From Mobula hypostoma (Eukaryota), in the NCBI RefSeq assembly GCF_963921235.1, contig NC_086097.1, positions 212,662,001 through 212,726,000 on the forward strand: a DNA stretch of 64,000 nucleotides, in the 5' to 3' direction. Position numbers and translations under genes: made by a program. Positions within the stretch are counted from its first letter, which is position 1. Each line of letters opens with the position of its first letter. Below the pieces are notes generated by a model that saw only the letters and a program-made list of their open reading frames with translations, searched no databases and had not been told where the DNA came from. Of the stretch, positions 38,010 through 50,872 are shown one piece after another.

Positions 38010-38440
38010 TCTGGATTCAAATGATTGGATGGGTTGGGTTTGATTTTCCTGTAGTGAAGTGGGTTGAGATGTGACACTATAGAGGTATAGAATAGATAGG
38101 AGAGATAGCCACTGTCAGTTTCCCATTGTAGAGGTGTCTAAATCTAAATGGTACAGGTTTAAGGCGAGAGGGAGGAAGTTTATAGGGGAGCTGAAGGGTA
38201 ACATTTTCACTCAAAGTGTAGTTGGTACCTGAAATGAGCTGCCAGGAAAGACTTCATCTCTTTACTTTCTTTAGAGATTAAGGAGGTTTGGCTTCTCTCT
38301 GAATACTCTAACTTCTGCAGAAGTACTGTGAAAAGTATGCTGACTGATTGCATCATGGTCTAGTATGGAAACTCAAACATGCAGGAATGCATAAAAACAG
38401 CTGAGAGTAGTGGACTCTCCCAATACGTCACAGGCACCTT
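38010..38440 (+). mobile_element. Adjacent decayed CR1 3' (~38010-38250) and Rex1 (~38255-38440) fragments
   Basis: CR1 C-terminal traces followed by LYFL*RLRRFG..LTDCIMV*YGN. Confidence 0.6.
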
Positions 38441-38699
38441 TTTCTGCCATTTGGGTTACTTTATACACATGGATTATTTCCTTAGATGCCATTTTTACAC
38501 TAGTGGTCTAAAAGCATTTTGGAGACACAGAACACAGTAACCCACAATTAATGCTGTGAATCTAAATTCCTTGAGTACGTAAAACTCCCAACTATAAATA
38601 CATCAGTTTATTTGATATTCTAAATGGTATTATCTATCTGGTCTGCAAGCTGCCTTGAGCTAAGAAACTTAGCCAGCATTGTCTGTTTTGAAACATAAA

Positions 38700-40222
38700 G
38701 AGAGAAGAGATGAAATATGAACACAAGCCAGCCAATAATATCAAAGAGGATACCAAAAGATATTTCCAATATATAAAACATTAAGAAGAGGCGAAAGTGG
38801 ATATTTGATGGCTGGAAGATGACGCTGGAGAGGTATTAATGGGAGGCAAAAATTGATGGAATAACTTAATAAGTATTTTGCACCAGTTTTCACTGTGGAA
38901 GACACTAGAGGTAGGCCAGAAATTCCAGAGTGTCGGGGGCAGAAGTGACTAGTTGCTATTACCAAGGAGAAAGTGCTTAGGAAGCTGAATGGTCTGAAGA
39001 TAGATAAGTCACATGAACCAGCTAGATTATACCCCAGGGTTCTGAAGGAGATAACTGAAAAGACTGCTCAAGAATCACTAGATTCTGGAATTTATTTATC
39101 GAGATACAGTGTCCTTCCCGCCCTTCGTGCAGTGACACCAAGCAAACCCATAATTTAACCCTACTCTAATCACGGGACAAGTTACAATGACCAATTAACC
39201 TACAAACCAGTACATCTTTGGAACATGAGAGGAAACTGGGAGAAACCCATGCAATCATGGGGAGAATGTACAAACATACAAAAGTGGTGGGAATTGAACT
39301 TGAGTTGCTGGCACTGTAAAGTGTTGTGCTAACCACTACGTTATCATGCCTGGAAACATACTGGAGGAATGGAAAATTGAAAATGCACTTGACACTTTAA
39401 GAAGGAATGGAGGCAGAAGAAAGGAAATTATAGCCTGACTTCCGTGGTTGGGAAGATGTTGGAGCTCATTATTAAGGATGAGGTTTCGGGGTACTTGTAG
39501 ACACATGATAAAAATAGGCCGAAGTCAGCACGGTTTTCTAAAGGGGAACTGTTGCCTGACAAATCTGTGGAAATTCTTTGAAGAAATAACAAGCAGGATT
39601 GACAAAGGAGAGTCAGTGGATGGTGGTTACTTGGATTTTTAGAAGGGTCTTATGGTGTTATGGTCTTAAGATCTTAAGGGCTTTGACCATAGTATAACAG
39701 GAAAGATACTAGCATGGATAGAAGGTCTGTTGATTGGTAGGGGGCCAAGAGTAGGTATAAAAAGGGCCTATTCTGGTTGGCTGCTGGTCACTAGTGGTGT
39801 TCCACAGGAGATGATATTGGGATTGCTTCTATTCACATTATGTGTCAACGATTTGGATGATAGAATTGATGGCTTTGAAGCCAAGTTTGCAGACGATACA
39901 AAGATAGATGGAGTGGCATGTAGTGTTGATGAAGCAGAAGGACTTCGGCAGAGTGGGAGAAATCAGCAAAGAAGTGGAAGATAGAATATAGCATATGGAA
40001 GTGTATGATCATGCACTTTGGTAGAAGGAGTAAAGGAATTCATTGCCACAGATGGCTTTGGAGGTCAGGTTATTGAGTATTGGAGGTTTGTGGCTTGTTT
40101 GTTAGTCAGTGTGTCAAAGGTTTCAGGGAGGAGCCAGGAGGATTGGGTTGAGAGAGTTAATAAATCAGCCAGGTTGGAATGACAGAGCAAACTCAATGAG
40201 CCAAGTGCCCTAGTTCTGCTCT
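38700..40222 (+). mobile_element. CR1 LINE, decayed and internally deleted
   Basis: LNKYFAPVFT, SQHGFLKG, SGVPQ and KFADDTK; CTTATGGTCTTATG tail. Confidence 0.88.
39091..39350 (-). mobile_element. V-SINE inserted in CR1
   Basis: Minus-strand tRNA-like head and V-domain; flanked by a (C)TGGAA duplication. Confidence 0.75.
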
Positions 40223-40488
40223 ATGTCTTATGGTCTTATGGAAACAAGCCAAATTAAATAACCCGTTTTCTTATACTGCACATTTGAGCAGCAAAACAAG
40301 TGTTGTGGGCTAACATCCTACCTCTACAGACAGAACATTTATACAGAGCTTGTCTGCAAAGCTGCTCTATACACAGTACTTTGTTTTTAATTCAAACTGA
40401 TTGCTGCTTGCCATTTATTTTTTCTGAACTGAAGACTGGCTCTCATTTATGACCAGAAGCTAAACAATTTAGTTGGAAGCTTACTTAC

Positions 40489-40654
40489 AACTGTTTGATC
40501 TCGACAAGTGGCAGCTGCCGTGTTTAGAAAGGGGGCCTGGCAAAATGTGAGATGCCCTGACCCAGGAAGTGAATATCCATCACACGGGTTGCCATGCTCT
40601 TCTTGGGTACCATAATAGTACATGCTTTTTTTTGAAGCAGTTAAGAACCTGAAA
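40489..40654 (-). CDS. Candidate coding exon of an unidentified gene
   Basis: Strong acceptor cttttttttcctgcag| (alternative tttcag| at 40648) and donor GTT|gtaagt. One open frame, FRFLTASKKSMYYYGTQEEHGNPCDGYSLPGSGHLTFCQAPFLNTAAATCRDQTV, with an ATG in A(-3) context. Unique DNA, richer in GC than its flanks. Confidence 0.5.
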
Positions 40655-40864
40655 CTGCAGGAAAAAAAAGGTTGAATATGTCCATAAATACTCCAGCCAA
40701 TTGGTCTGCTCACATGTACTAAAGGAATAGAAAGTGTTCCAGAGCATAAGGAAAAGCTTAAGCATCTTATTTTGAAAGTGGTAATTCACATCGTTATCCT
40801 CCCGCTGATAGTGCAGGAAAAATGGAGCAGGAGGGCAGCACAACTTCTGAGAGGAGGCCAAAGG

Positions 40865-41425
40865 TTACATTCTCATACAACTTGTGTGGTATTGATCTTA
40901 GTTAAGGAAGGACATTAATGCAGTTCAGAGAATTTTTCTAGAAGTATACCTCAAAATGGTGGTCTGTCTTTTAAAAAAAATGTTGGACAGGTAAGGCTTG
41001 AAACAACCAGAGTTTAGAAGAGAGAGCGAGAAAGAGGATAACGACAACACATGGGATCTCAAGGGAACTTGACATGGCTAAATTTGGAGAGGACTTTTTC
41101 ACTTGTAGAGAATCCATAAATAAGGATCAACATTTAAAATAACAAACCAGCATCTGAGACAGAGCCAACGTAATTATTTTTTTCTCTCTCTCAGAGATTG
41201 TGGGTCTTTGGAATTTTCCACCTCAAAGGACAGCAGAAATCACCTCAGAATGGATTTTAAGGCAGAGGTAGATAGATACTTGATAAGGAACTGGATGAAT
41301 GTTTACTGTGGGTGCATGAGAATGTGGAGATGAGAGTGTAAAACAAATCATTCATGTCCTTATTAAATATTGAAACTGGCTTGAGAAACTGAGTGGCCTA
41401 ATTCTGCTCTTAATATAGATGTTCC
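40865..41425 (+). mobile_element. Old CR1 3' remnant
   Basis: Degenerate CR1 C-terminus and 3' UTR (TTTTAAGGCAGAGGTAGATAGAT...GAGTGGCCTAATTCTGCTCTTA). Confidence 0.65.
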
Positions 41426-42111
41426 TGCGCTTTGTCCATTGGTTGTTCTACCGTCGTCAGTTATTTTGCCGGATGGTTTGAGATTTTGCTGAGTTAGTCA
41501 ATAGGACTAATGCAGCTTAATTGTGTTCTGATACTTTCACTAGAATGTAGAATTAGCATTTGTTCAGCCATTCTATTGTCATGTGCAGCTTTCTATTCTT
41601 GAATTTCACAAAGTTAATATGTGGAAACACACCGTAAACTCTCACTGTGAAGTTAATTCCCGATGTTACTGTATGGTTCCTTCCACATGGCTAAAAGTCA
41701 ATCTTACAATTTTGAAATAAATATCCCACCTGATTAAGTAATTCTTCACAATTGTATTGACTCTGACAAAGTATAGAAGTATCACAAGCCTTAATACTGT
41801 TTGTAAACTCTATTATGGTATGTACATAAATCTTGCTTCATTAAGTTAAGTCTTGTAACACAATTACAAGACAATGAGAAAACACAAAACAGAAGGATGA
41901 CTTCAAAAGCTGGGTTCTCATTAACAAAAACAACAAAGTTTATTAACCAGTAAAGCAGAAATTTCTAACTAATAGCAGATTTGGGCACAAGAAAGATGGA
42001 AGGAGATAATTTAGGTAATTTGATTTAGAATGAAGTAACAAAGGTACAAGACTACAAAATAAGTTTAGAACAATAGGCAGAGGAACATTTTCACAGAGTT
42101 AGAAAACTGAA

Positions 42112-42241
42112 ACCCTGTGTGTGCAAATTTATGCCATGTTTCCTTCATTACAACAGCGACTGAGGTTAAAAAAAAATTCAAAGTAATATGGCATGCCCTA
42201 GAGTTCTCAAATGTTCATATTTTAAGTGCAAGTCTTTCTTC
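42112..42241 (+). mobile_element. Ancient DeuSINE-like 3' remnant
   Basis: CTGTGTGTGCAAATT...GTTTCCTTCATTACAACAGCGACT...TGCAAGTCTTTCTT resembles the AmnSINE1/SacSINE1 3' part, recognised from memory. Confidence 0.45.
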
Positions 42242-42361
42242 CTTTTTCACTCCTACAGTCAGTGATTGCATTAAAGGAGGAAGGAAAAGGGTTGGAAGTC
42301 AGATGGATGTATTAGGTAACTTGTGCGAAGGTTAAATGTAAACATTGATTAGCTGGTCTGA

Positions 42362-43940
42362 AAAGACCATAAGGTCATAAGATATTGGAGCAGAATTAGG
42401 TCATACAGCCCATCGACTCATCTCCACTATTCCATCTTGGCTGATTCAATATCCCTCTCAACCCCATTGTTTGCCATGCACTTCACTACACTACATTCTG
42501 TCTGCCACTCCTTTGCCCATTCTCCCAATCTGTCTAAGTCCTTTGCAGACTCCCTGCTTCCTCAACACTGCCTGCCCCTCCACTTATCTGTGTATTTTCC
42601 ACAAAATTGGCCTGAAAGCCATCAATTCTGTCATCCAAATCATTGACATACAGCATAATGTGAAAAGAAATGGTTACAACACCATCCCCTGTGGAACACC
42701 ACTAGTCACTGACAGCCATCCAGAAAAGGCCCACATTATTCCCATTCTTTGCTTCCTTCCAGTCACTACTTATGTTGGTATCTTTCCTATAATAGCAAGG
42801 GCTCTTAACTTGTTAATCAGCCTCACGCACAGCACCTTGCCAATGGCAATCTGAAAATCTAGCAACACAACATCCACCAATTCTCCTTTGTCCATACTGC
42901 TTGTTATTTCCTCAAAGAATTCCAACAGATTTGTTCTGCAAGATTTCCCCTTAAGGAAACCATGCTGACTTTGGCCTATTTTATCATGTGCTTCCAAGTA
43001 CCCCAAAACCTTATCATTAATAATAGACTCCTGCAATATCCCAACCACCGAAGTCAAGCTAACTAGCCTATAATTTCCTTTCTTTTGCTTTCCTCCCTTG
43101 AAGTGTGGAATAACATTTGCAATTTTCCAGTCCTCTGGAACCACTCCAGAATCTTGTGATGCTTGAAAGATCATTATTAATGCCTTCACAATCTCTATAG
43201 CTACCTCTTTCAGAACCCTTGGGTGTAGATTATCTGATCCAGGTGACTTAACTACCTTCAGAGTTTTCAGCTTCCCAAGTACCTTCTCCTTAGTAATAGC
43301 AAATGCATTCACTTCTGCTCCCTGACACTCTCAAGTATCTGGCTTACTGCTAGTGGTTTTCCACAGTGAATATTGATGCAAAATACTTGTTAAGTTCCTC
43401 TGCCATTTCTTTCTCCTCCATTACTATCACTCTGACATTATTTTCCAGTGATCTGATATACACTCTCACCTCTCTTTCACTCTTTCTATATCTGATAAAA
43501 CTTTTGGCATTCTCTTTTATAGTATTGGCTGGCTTACCTTCATATCTCATCTTTTCTCATCTTATAGCTTTTTTAGTTGCCTTCTTTGGTTTTTAAAAGC
43601 TTCCCAATCCTCTAACTTCCCACTAACTTTTGCTCTATTATATGCCCTCTCTCTTGCTTTTCTGCTGTATTTGACTTCTCTTTTCAGGCACAGTTGCCTC
43701 ATGCTGCCTTTAGAATAACTCTTCATTTTTGGGATGTATCTATCCTGCACCTTTTGTATTGCTCCCTGAACATCCACCTTTGCTGTTCTGCAGTCATCTC
43801 TGCTAGTGTTCCCTTCCATCAACTTTGGACAGCTCCTCTCTCATGCCTCTGTAATTCCCTTTACTCCACTGTAATGCTGATACATCTGATTTTATCTTCC
43901 CCTCTCAACCTGCAGGGTGAATTCTATCATATTACAATCA
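42362..43940 (-). mobile_element. CR1 LINE, decayed and internally deleted
   Basis: ORF 42770-43312 (KSPGSDNLHPRVLKE, DWKIANV, GNYRLVSLTSV, SQHGFLKG); CCATAAG tail at the left. Confidence 0.9.
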
Positions 43941-44327
43941 TTTATCCTTTATCCTTTATCGTAAGCTACCTTACCAAAAGCTCACGACTGCATTTCATCT
44001 TATTTGAACTCACTGATAGGTCATGTAAACAGAGTCATCCTGGCCTTTCAAAAAGAAGTTGAATAGACATGTGGGGAAATAATGTACAGGATTAAGGAGG
44101 ACTGGGACTGACCAGAATGCTCTATAGAGAGGCTTGTGAACTCAATGGGCCAGACTGCCTTCCCTTGCTCTGAAATAGTTCTAACAACATCTTTGCATTA
44201 TGTTCTGATGTATCTATGTGAATTGCAATGTGAGTTTTATTTCCTCTGATAATTTTTGCATCTGCGTGTAACAGACTGTATTATCCTAAAGGTTAAAGTT
44301 TTATCATCCTCATAACAATAGTAAGTT

Positions 44328-46533
44328 GACGCCATTTGCCCTTGGATGCAAATACATTTTGGTATTAAATATGCAAAGCATGTTTTGGTTTTAATTAGAT
44401 AGTGTTTTGTGAATTAAGCATTAAGCTTTTCTACCCTAAGTAAATCAATTAAACTAATGATTATGTAGCAAAGCCGATTAATTAAGTCCAGTCATGGTTT
44501 TGTATCATTTTTAAGCACTAAATATTTATAATTAATGCATATTTAACCCAGCTTTAATACATGATCTCATTAAAACCTCCTCTCTGTATTTTTCTCAAGG
44601 CATTCTGACATCTGCAGAGATGTAGTCCTTTGAATAAAAACGGCCTTCCCTTTTGCTAATAAACTGATAAACTAAAATAAAGAACTTGCATGTTGAAGAA
44701 CACTGCTGACACTTTGGTGGGATTTTGAGTGCCAATGTTCAATCAGAAGTAGAGTCTGACTCATCACTAAAGGTCAAATTGCTCATTTCCTGAAGGTAAG
44801 TAGTTTCATCTGAATGATTATATCTAAATGTTCCAGTGAGTAGAACTAACGGTAGTAAATAAGAAGAGGAAATAATAAACTTTGTGGTAGAATTTGGGTA
44901 ACAACTAAGAAAGTGATGTATTTTTCATTGAAACTCACCTAATGGCTATACAAAAGATAGTTCTGGTATCTGGAACTTACCAAGTGATGCTATCTTGGTG
45001 CTGAATTAAGGTCAGCTCTAACCTATTTTAAGTAAATAGGTGAACTCCTCTCTTCAGATAATAGGATAAGAAATCTGATTTACTGGCCTGAAATGATGCA
45101 GTTAGATGCCTCCCTTTAGAGCTATTAATTTCTGCTGGGAAATTCCTGGGTTTGGGAAATTTCTCTGATTTTTCAAGTAACAGTGAGAATCAATGTACTG
45201 GAGACACAGCTGGAGAATGTGTTCACCTGGCAAACAACTGTCAAACACATAAATGTAGGAAATAAGAGCAAGAGTAGCTTTCTGTTCCTTTGTGATGATA
45301 GCATCATTCAACAAGACAGTAACCAGCATCATTTTTCTGTCCTATTCCTATATCCATTGATTCTAAGAGTATCCAAACATGAATCCATTTCTGTTTTGAA
45401 TGAAATCGATGACTGAACCTCCACAGGTTACTGAGGTGAAGAACTCCAAAGACGCACATCTACCGAGTTAAGAGATTTCTCTTCAAATCAGTCCACATAT
45501 TATTTTGAGTGTGGGCTTCTCAGTTATTTCACAAAATTCACAAAACACTATCTAATTAAAATCAAAACATGCTTTGCATATTTTTTTTTTAATTTTATTT
45601 TTATTTGGATAAGGAGTTCACAATTATCATGTACTTTTTTCACACATATAACCTCTCCCATTTTTTTATATGTATAAAACTACAATTATTTATACATTCT
45701 TAAGTACACATTGAGATGATATAAAAGCAAAATAAACATTTAAATAGATAATTATGTACTGTGGTAAATCTAACCTATTAGGCTAGGTAATGAAATTAGT
45801 TGTTAAGAAAAATGGTAATAATAGTTTCCATACAACCCTTCTGGACCATTTCCACTGGTCCAAAATGTTGCATACAAGCCTATATACCAACCATTGTAGG
45901 TGTTTATATCCCAATTTGTTCGTGCTTGTTCCTGCCCGCAGACATAATTATCCAATCCCTATGTACTTATTTACTTAATTTTTTCTTTTTTTTTATCCCT
46001 TTCCCAAATCTTTCCCTTTACTTGTGTTAATTCTCTATTTTCCAAAAAAAAACAACAAACATTTAGACTAGGGGTGCTTACGTTAGCAATATTACTGTGT
46101 TGATGAGAAGAGCAATATAAATCATTAGGAGAGTCATCTAAAGTCTGCTCGCATTGGGGTTATATATTCAATCCATTTATTCCAAATTCGATAAAATGTT
46201 TCTTTTTGAGTTCTCAGTGAGTAGATCAACTTTTCCATTTTAAATATTTCCAAGATAATTTCGTACCAATCTTCTAATGTAGGTGGTATTGGATTTAGGC
46301 ATTTTCTAGTGATTGATTTCTTACTTGCCGCTAAGAGGGCCTGCAGCAACTTTATATCTTCCTTCTGTTCAAGGAACAATACATGCCCCAAATAGAGCGT
46401 CTCAAAGTTCAGAGGTATCTGGGACCTAAGTACCTTAACTAATGTTCTATGAATACCTTCCCAAAATAGACTTAATTTAGGGCTTTGCATATTTAATGCT
46501 AAAATGTATTTGCATCCAAGAGCAAAAGGCATC
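44328..46533. repeat. 88-bp inverted repeat pair: 44328-44415 versus 45535-45583 plus 46495-46533 (right arm split by L1)
   Basis: Direct comparison gives 82/88 complementary positions after removing the L1 and one TSD copy. Confidence 0.9.
45584..46481 (-). mobile_element. L1-clade LINE 3' fragment
   Basis: Intact ORF2 C-terminus (KLSLFWEGI...WYEIILEIFKMEKL...FYRIWNKWIEYI), 3' UTR and poly(A); 13-bp TSD GCTTTGCATATTT (45571-45583, 46482-46494); TT/AAAT target site. Confidence 0.9.
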
Positions 46534-46729
46534 TGCTCTTGGACGCAAATACATCATATTCACCCTAATAGATACCATGTCAAGTCCTCCGTGTACTATA
46601 TGTATTAGAGGAAAGTCTCCTCCCAATCTCATAAACATGGTAGAAAAGAAACTAACCCACTCAACCTTTCCTTACACTACAGACCTTACATCTCAGAAAA
46701 TGATGTGGTGAATCTTCATTGCATTCCCT

Positions 46730-48020
46730 CAGAGTCATAGATCACTACAGCACAGAAACAAGCCTTTCAGCCCATCTTATCAGTGATGAATTATTAATCT
46801 ACCTAGTCCCATTGACCTGCACCTGGATGATAGCCATCCATATCCATATCTAAATTTCCCTTAATTGTAGGAATCAAACCCACATTTACCACTTGCATTT
46901 GCAGCTTGATCCACACTCTCACCACCCTTTTATTCAAGTTCTCCTTAAACATGTCACTTTTCATTTTTCACCCTTAACCCATGGCTTCTACTTTTACTGT
47001 CATGCAACCTTAGTTTGCACTTACCCTATCTATATCCCTCATAATTTTGTAAACCACTATCAAATCTCCCCTCATTCTCTGACACTCTAAGTCCTAACCT
47101 ATTCAACTGTTCCCTTATACTTAGATCTTCAAGTCCTGAAAACATCCTTGTAAAATTTCCTTGGACTCTTTCAATCTTATTTACATCAATCCTATAGTAC
47201 GGTGACCAAAAGTGCACACGAGACTCCAAATTAGACTTCAGCTATATCTTATACAATTTCAACATAACATCCCAACTTCTGCGTTCAATACATTGATTTA
47301 TGAAGGCCAATGTACCAAAAGCTTTCTTTACAACCCTATGTACTTGTGACACCATTTTCAAAAAATTATGGATTTATACTTCCAGACACCTCTGTTTGAC
47401 ATGTGAGTCCTACCCTGATTTGTTCTCCAAAAGTACAATACCTCATACTGGTCTGCATTCAATTCCATCCACTATTTTTCAGCCCATTTTTCTAGCTGGT
47501 CCAGATATTGTCTCAAGCTTTGATAGTCTCCTTGCTATCCACTATGTCCCCAATTTTGGTGTCATCCGCAATTTTGCCACATTGTCATTCAGGTCGTTGA
47601 TCCAGAGGACAAACAACAATGGACCCACTACTGAACCCTGTGGCACACCTAACAGGCTTCCAGTCAGGAAGGCAACCATCTACTACTACTCCATGGCTTC
47701 TTCTGTGAAGACAATGTCTAATCCAACTTACTACTTCATCTTGAATGCCAAGTGGCTGAACCTTCTTGACCAACCTCCCATGTAGGACCTTGTCAAAGGC
47801 CTTGTTAAAGTCCATGAAGACAACATCCACTGTCCTGCTTTCATCAACTCTGCCAGTAACTTCCTCGAAAAACTCCATAATATTGGTTAGACATGACCAG
47901 TCATGCAAAAAGCCATGTTGACAATACCCAATCATTCCCTATCTATCCAAATACTTATATATCTGGTCCCTTAGACAACTTCCAATTACTTACCCACTAC
48001 TGATATCATGCTCACTGACC
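46730..48020 (-). mobile_element. CR1 LINE 3' fragment (RT)
   Basis: ORF 47585-47935 QHGFL..SCLTNIMEFFEEVT..DFNKAFDKV; flanked by older CR1 debris (46560-46730, 48030-48170). Confidence 0.88.
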
Positions 48021-48209
48021 TCTAAGGCAAGTATATCTTTTTTTTCAGTAAGGAGACCAAAAATAGAAATAAGGAAGTCAATTTAATGTCTGCCTTCCTA
48101 CCTGGCTGCTACACCTGTATGTTAGATTTTAATGACACAAAGACACTCAGGATCTTCAGTTAATTAACGTCTCTCAATCTTTAGACCGAGTAAAGTCAGG
48201 AAATTTTCT

Positions 48210-48400
48210 TTCCTGATGATAATAGTGAACCATATGGATTTTTTTTTACAACAAACTGCTATTTCCATGGTTACCTTCAGTGATGCTAGCTATTTTTGAA
48301 TTCCAGATTTATTTCATTTTATTTAAATTGCCAAGCTGCAATGGTGGGATTTGATCAACAGTGGATCAAGAATCCACAACTTTAGATGCATACTACTATA
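48210..48400 (-). mobile_element. Old tRNA-derived SINE remnant
   Basis: Minus-strand TCAAATCCCACCATTGCAGC (B-box-like) followed by a body typical of shark SINEs; diverged. Confidence 0.4.
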
Positions 48401-48609
48401 TGACAAGAAACTTGATAAACATAGATTATTGCAAGCTCTATTAAATTGAAACTTTTGTTTAACTTTCTGTGGGTTTATTATGTTGTTGATTGAAAATTAA
48501 ACTACCTATTTAAAATACTCAGCATTATTGGGTCTTTATACATGTAGATTACCATAAATATTATTCAACTACTAATACATTTAGTTGGTGGTGATAAATG
48601 TGAAAGGGC

Positions 48610-49225
48610 ATCAAAGTCAAATTTATTGTCATATTGTCAAGTACATGTACTCAGCGAAAAGAAAAACTTACTTTCAGACATCATATAAGAATATTTACAA
48701 CAAACAAATTAAACATAATTTATACACAATATTTACAAGACAACATGATTAGAACAAAATCAGCAAAGCCTATGTTAGTGCAAAGTGGTTAAAGTGGTCA
48801 CAGTTTAGCTAAACTGTAGTGATTAGGGTTTTGCCATTTGGTTCAGGAAACAAATGGTTAAGGAAAGCACCCGGTCATGTTACAACTTCAGGCTTCTCTA
48901 CTTCCTGCTCAAAGGTCGTTGCAAAAAGATGGCATTGCCTGCAAGGTTGGGATCTCTGATGATAGATGTTGCTCTCGTGAGGCAGCACCTCCTGTAGATA
49001 CTACCAGTGGTGGGAAGGGATTTGTTCATAATGTACTGGGCAGAGTTCACTACTCTCTGCAGCTTTTTATGTTCCTGCACGTCCAATTTGCTGTTCCAGA
49101 CCATGAGACAACTATTCAGGATAATTTCAAAGGTGCATCTGTAGGAGATTGTTACAGTGTTTAATAAAAAGCTGAATCTCCTTAACCTCCTGAGAAAGTA
49201 CAGATGCTGGCATGCTTTCCTTATG
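48610..49225 (-). mobile_element. Rex1/Babar LINE 3' fragment, old
   Basis: ORF 48898-49272 RKACQHLYFLRRLRRF..KKLQRVVNSAQYI..SIIRDP. Confidence 0.8.
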
Positions 49226-49903
49226 ACACAAGGACAATATCTGCATTTCGTGGAGCAGACTTTATGGGCCAAATTGGCAATTATTAAAATACAGCAACTT
49301 GTTTTTGTTTAAAAGATGTATCCTAAAAATATTAGATTGTTAAAAGATTGTTTAAGAATGACAAGTAGTCAGTAAAATCCAAATCCAGTAGACAGAATTG
49401 AACTCTCTTAAGCCTGCTTCCTGGACTTGCTCGGCAACAAAGCTTAACTGGGCTGGATGGGGAGGCAGAATGAGCTGATTCTTCACCACTGGCAATCAGG
49501 TGGGGAGCAGATGAAGGCCTCACATGAAGGAACTCTGAGGCCCACCTCCAGATCAACCAAGACAGCCTTTGACTGACGGCAAGGCTCGAGGCAGCATTAC
49601 TTTCCTAGCGCAGTCAAGGTCTTTGCAAGTGATTCTGTTAGTGAGGCATTTAAAATCTGCTAACATTGGTTTCAAAATTTTAACATTTTATAAAAGAAAA
49701 TTAATTAAAACACTGATAACTGAAACAAACAATAAAATATACTAGATTAAAAAAATAATTTAACTTAACTTTATCCTCTAGTTTTCCAGGTCAAATGAGC
49801 AGGCCCCTGATACTGTGCCTTGACAGCCTGGTGGCAGATTGAAGAGCTTTGTGTGACACTGAGTATCACATTTAAGAGTCCATTTAAATCCAAGATTACT
49901 TAC

Positions 49904-50047
49904 CTGGTGGTGACCGTACAGCTGCTAGATCCTGCTGTATTTTGTAGGTTACAATCTCAGGCAGAACTTGTTCACATTGAAAATAAATATTACTTCGGTT
50001 AAGCTTTATTTTAATAGGGTTTTTGTGCTTGTATGAATGACCAAAAT
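49904..50047 (-). other. Candidate 144-nt exon
   Basis: Consensus donor CAG|gtaagt but weak acceptor cacttgtcag|; phase 1-1 frame is open (FGHSYKHKNPIKIKLNRSNIYFQCEQVLPEIVTYKIQQDLAAVRSPP). Confidence 0.25.
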
Positions 50048-50829
50048 CTGACAAGTGATATCAGTACTTACTGTTACAGTGTGTGAAGGACACAATTGAA
50101 CACAAGATCAAATCAGCTCCACAGAAAACCACTCCCAAAATTCAGTTTTAATGAATCTCTCTTTCATTGCATTATTATATAACCGAAATAAATATTATAA
50201 GTATTTATAAGTAATAATAATAATAATTAATAAGTATTTTTTCTTGCAGGCCTTTGTTCTTCTCTGTAGTTTGTTACCCCAGTGCAATTTGGAATATAGG
50301 AACGTGTTGCAAGATATCAACTCTCTGTTATAGAGGAAAGCATAATTTCTGTAAAATTCACCCATGGCCTGTATTTCTATCTTGGTGGGTGGTAACAGTT
50401 TCCTGTGTTTGTGAACATGCTTACAGAGAATAGACTAGCATAATGCTCCAGCAATTTTCATAACTGATAGGTTTGAAATGTTAAGTGTTGCTTAATATGC
50501 ATTAAGCCATTACAAATATAAAATTATCTAAATGGCTTATTTGACTATTGTAAAAGTAATCATGCATTCGATTCATTCTAAAATATCTGAACAATGGTAA
50601 TTGGAATTACTTTGAAAATAACATTATACGAATTAACATTAGGCACATTTACTGAATTTAGTCCTAATTAAACTGTTTGCACAAATCATTAGGCTTCGTA
50701 AATATTAGAAACAGGTGCTCAGCTTCAGAGAGATCTAGTTCCTAATTGCTCAAAATGATATCAAAAATGAAAATAACAATGTTAATGATAATAATCAATA
50801 TACGTATAATTACTCTGGTGAAATGTTAC

Positions 50830-50872
50830 CTGGTCAGGACTGTGTAACAAGATGAAGTGGCAGCCTGCCAGC
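50830..50872 (-). other. Candidate 43-nt exon
   Basis: Acceptor tgctttgtttatatccag|G and donor CAG|gtaaca; the phase 1-2 frame (WQAATSSCYTVLT) would join the 40.5-kb exon in frame. Confidence 0.28.

Noticed and set aside
44600..44795. Plus-strand coding exon
   Set aside because: Good splice signals but stops in all three frames; retained only as a possible non-coding exon.
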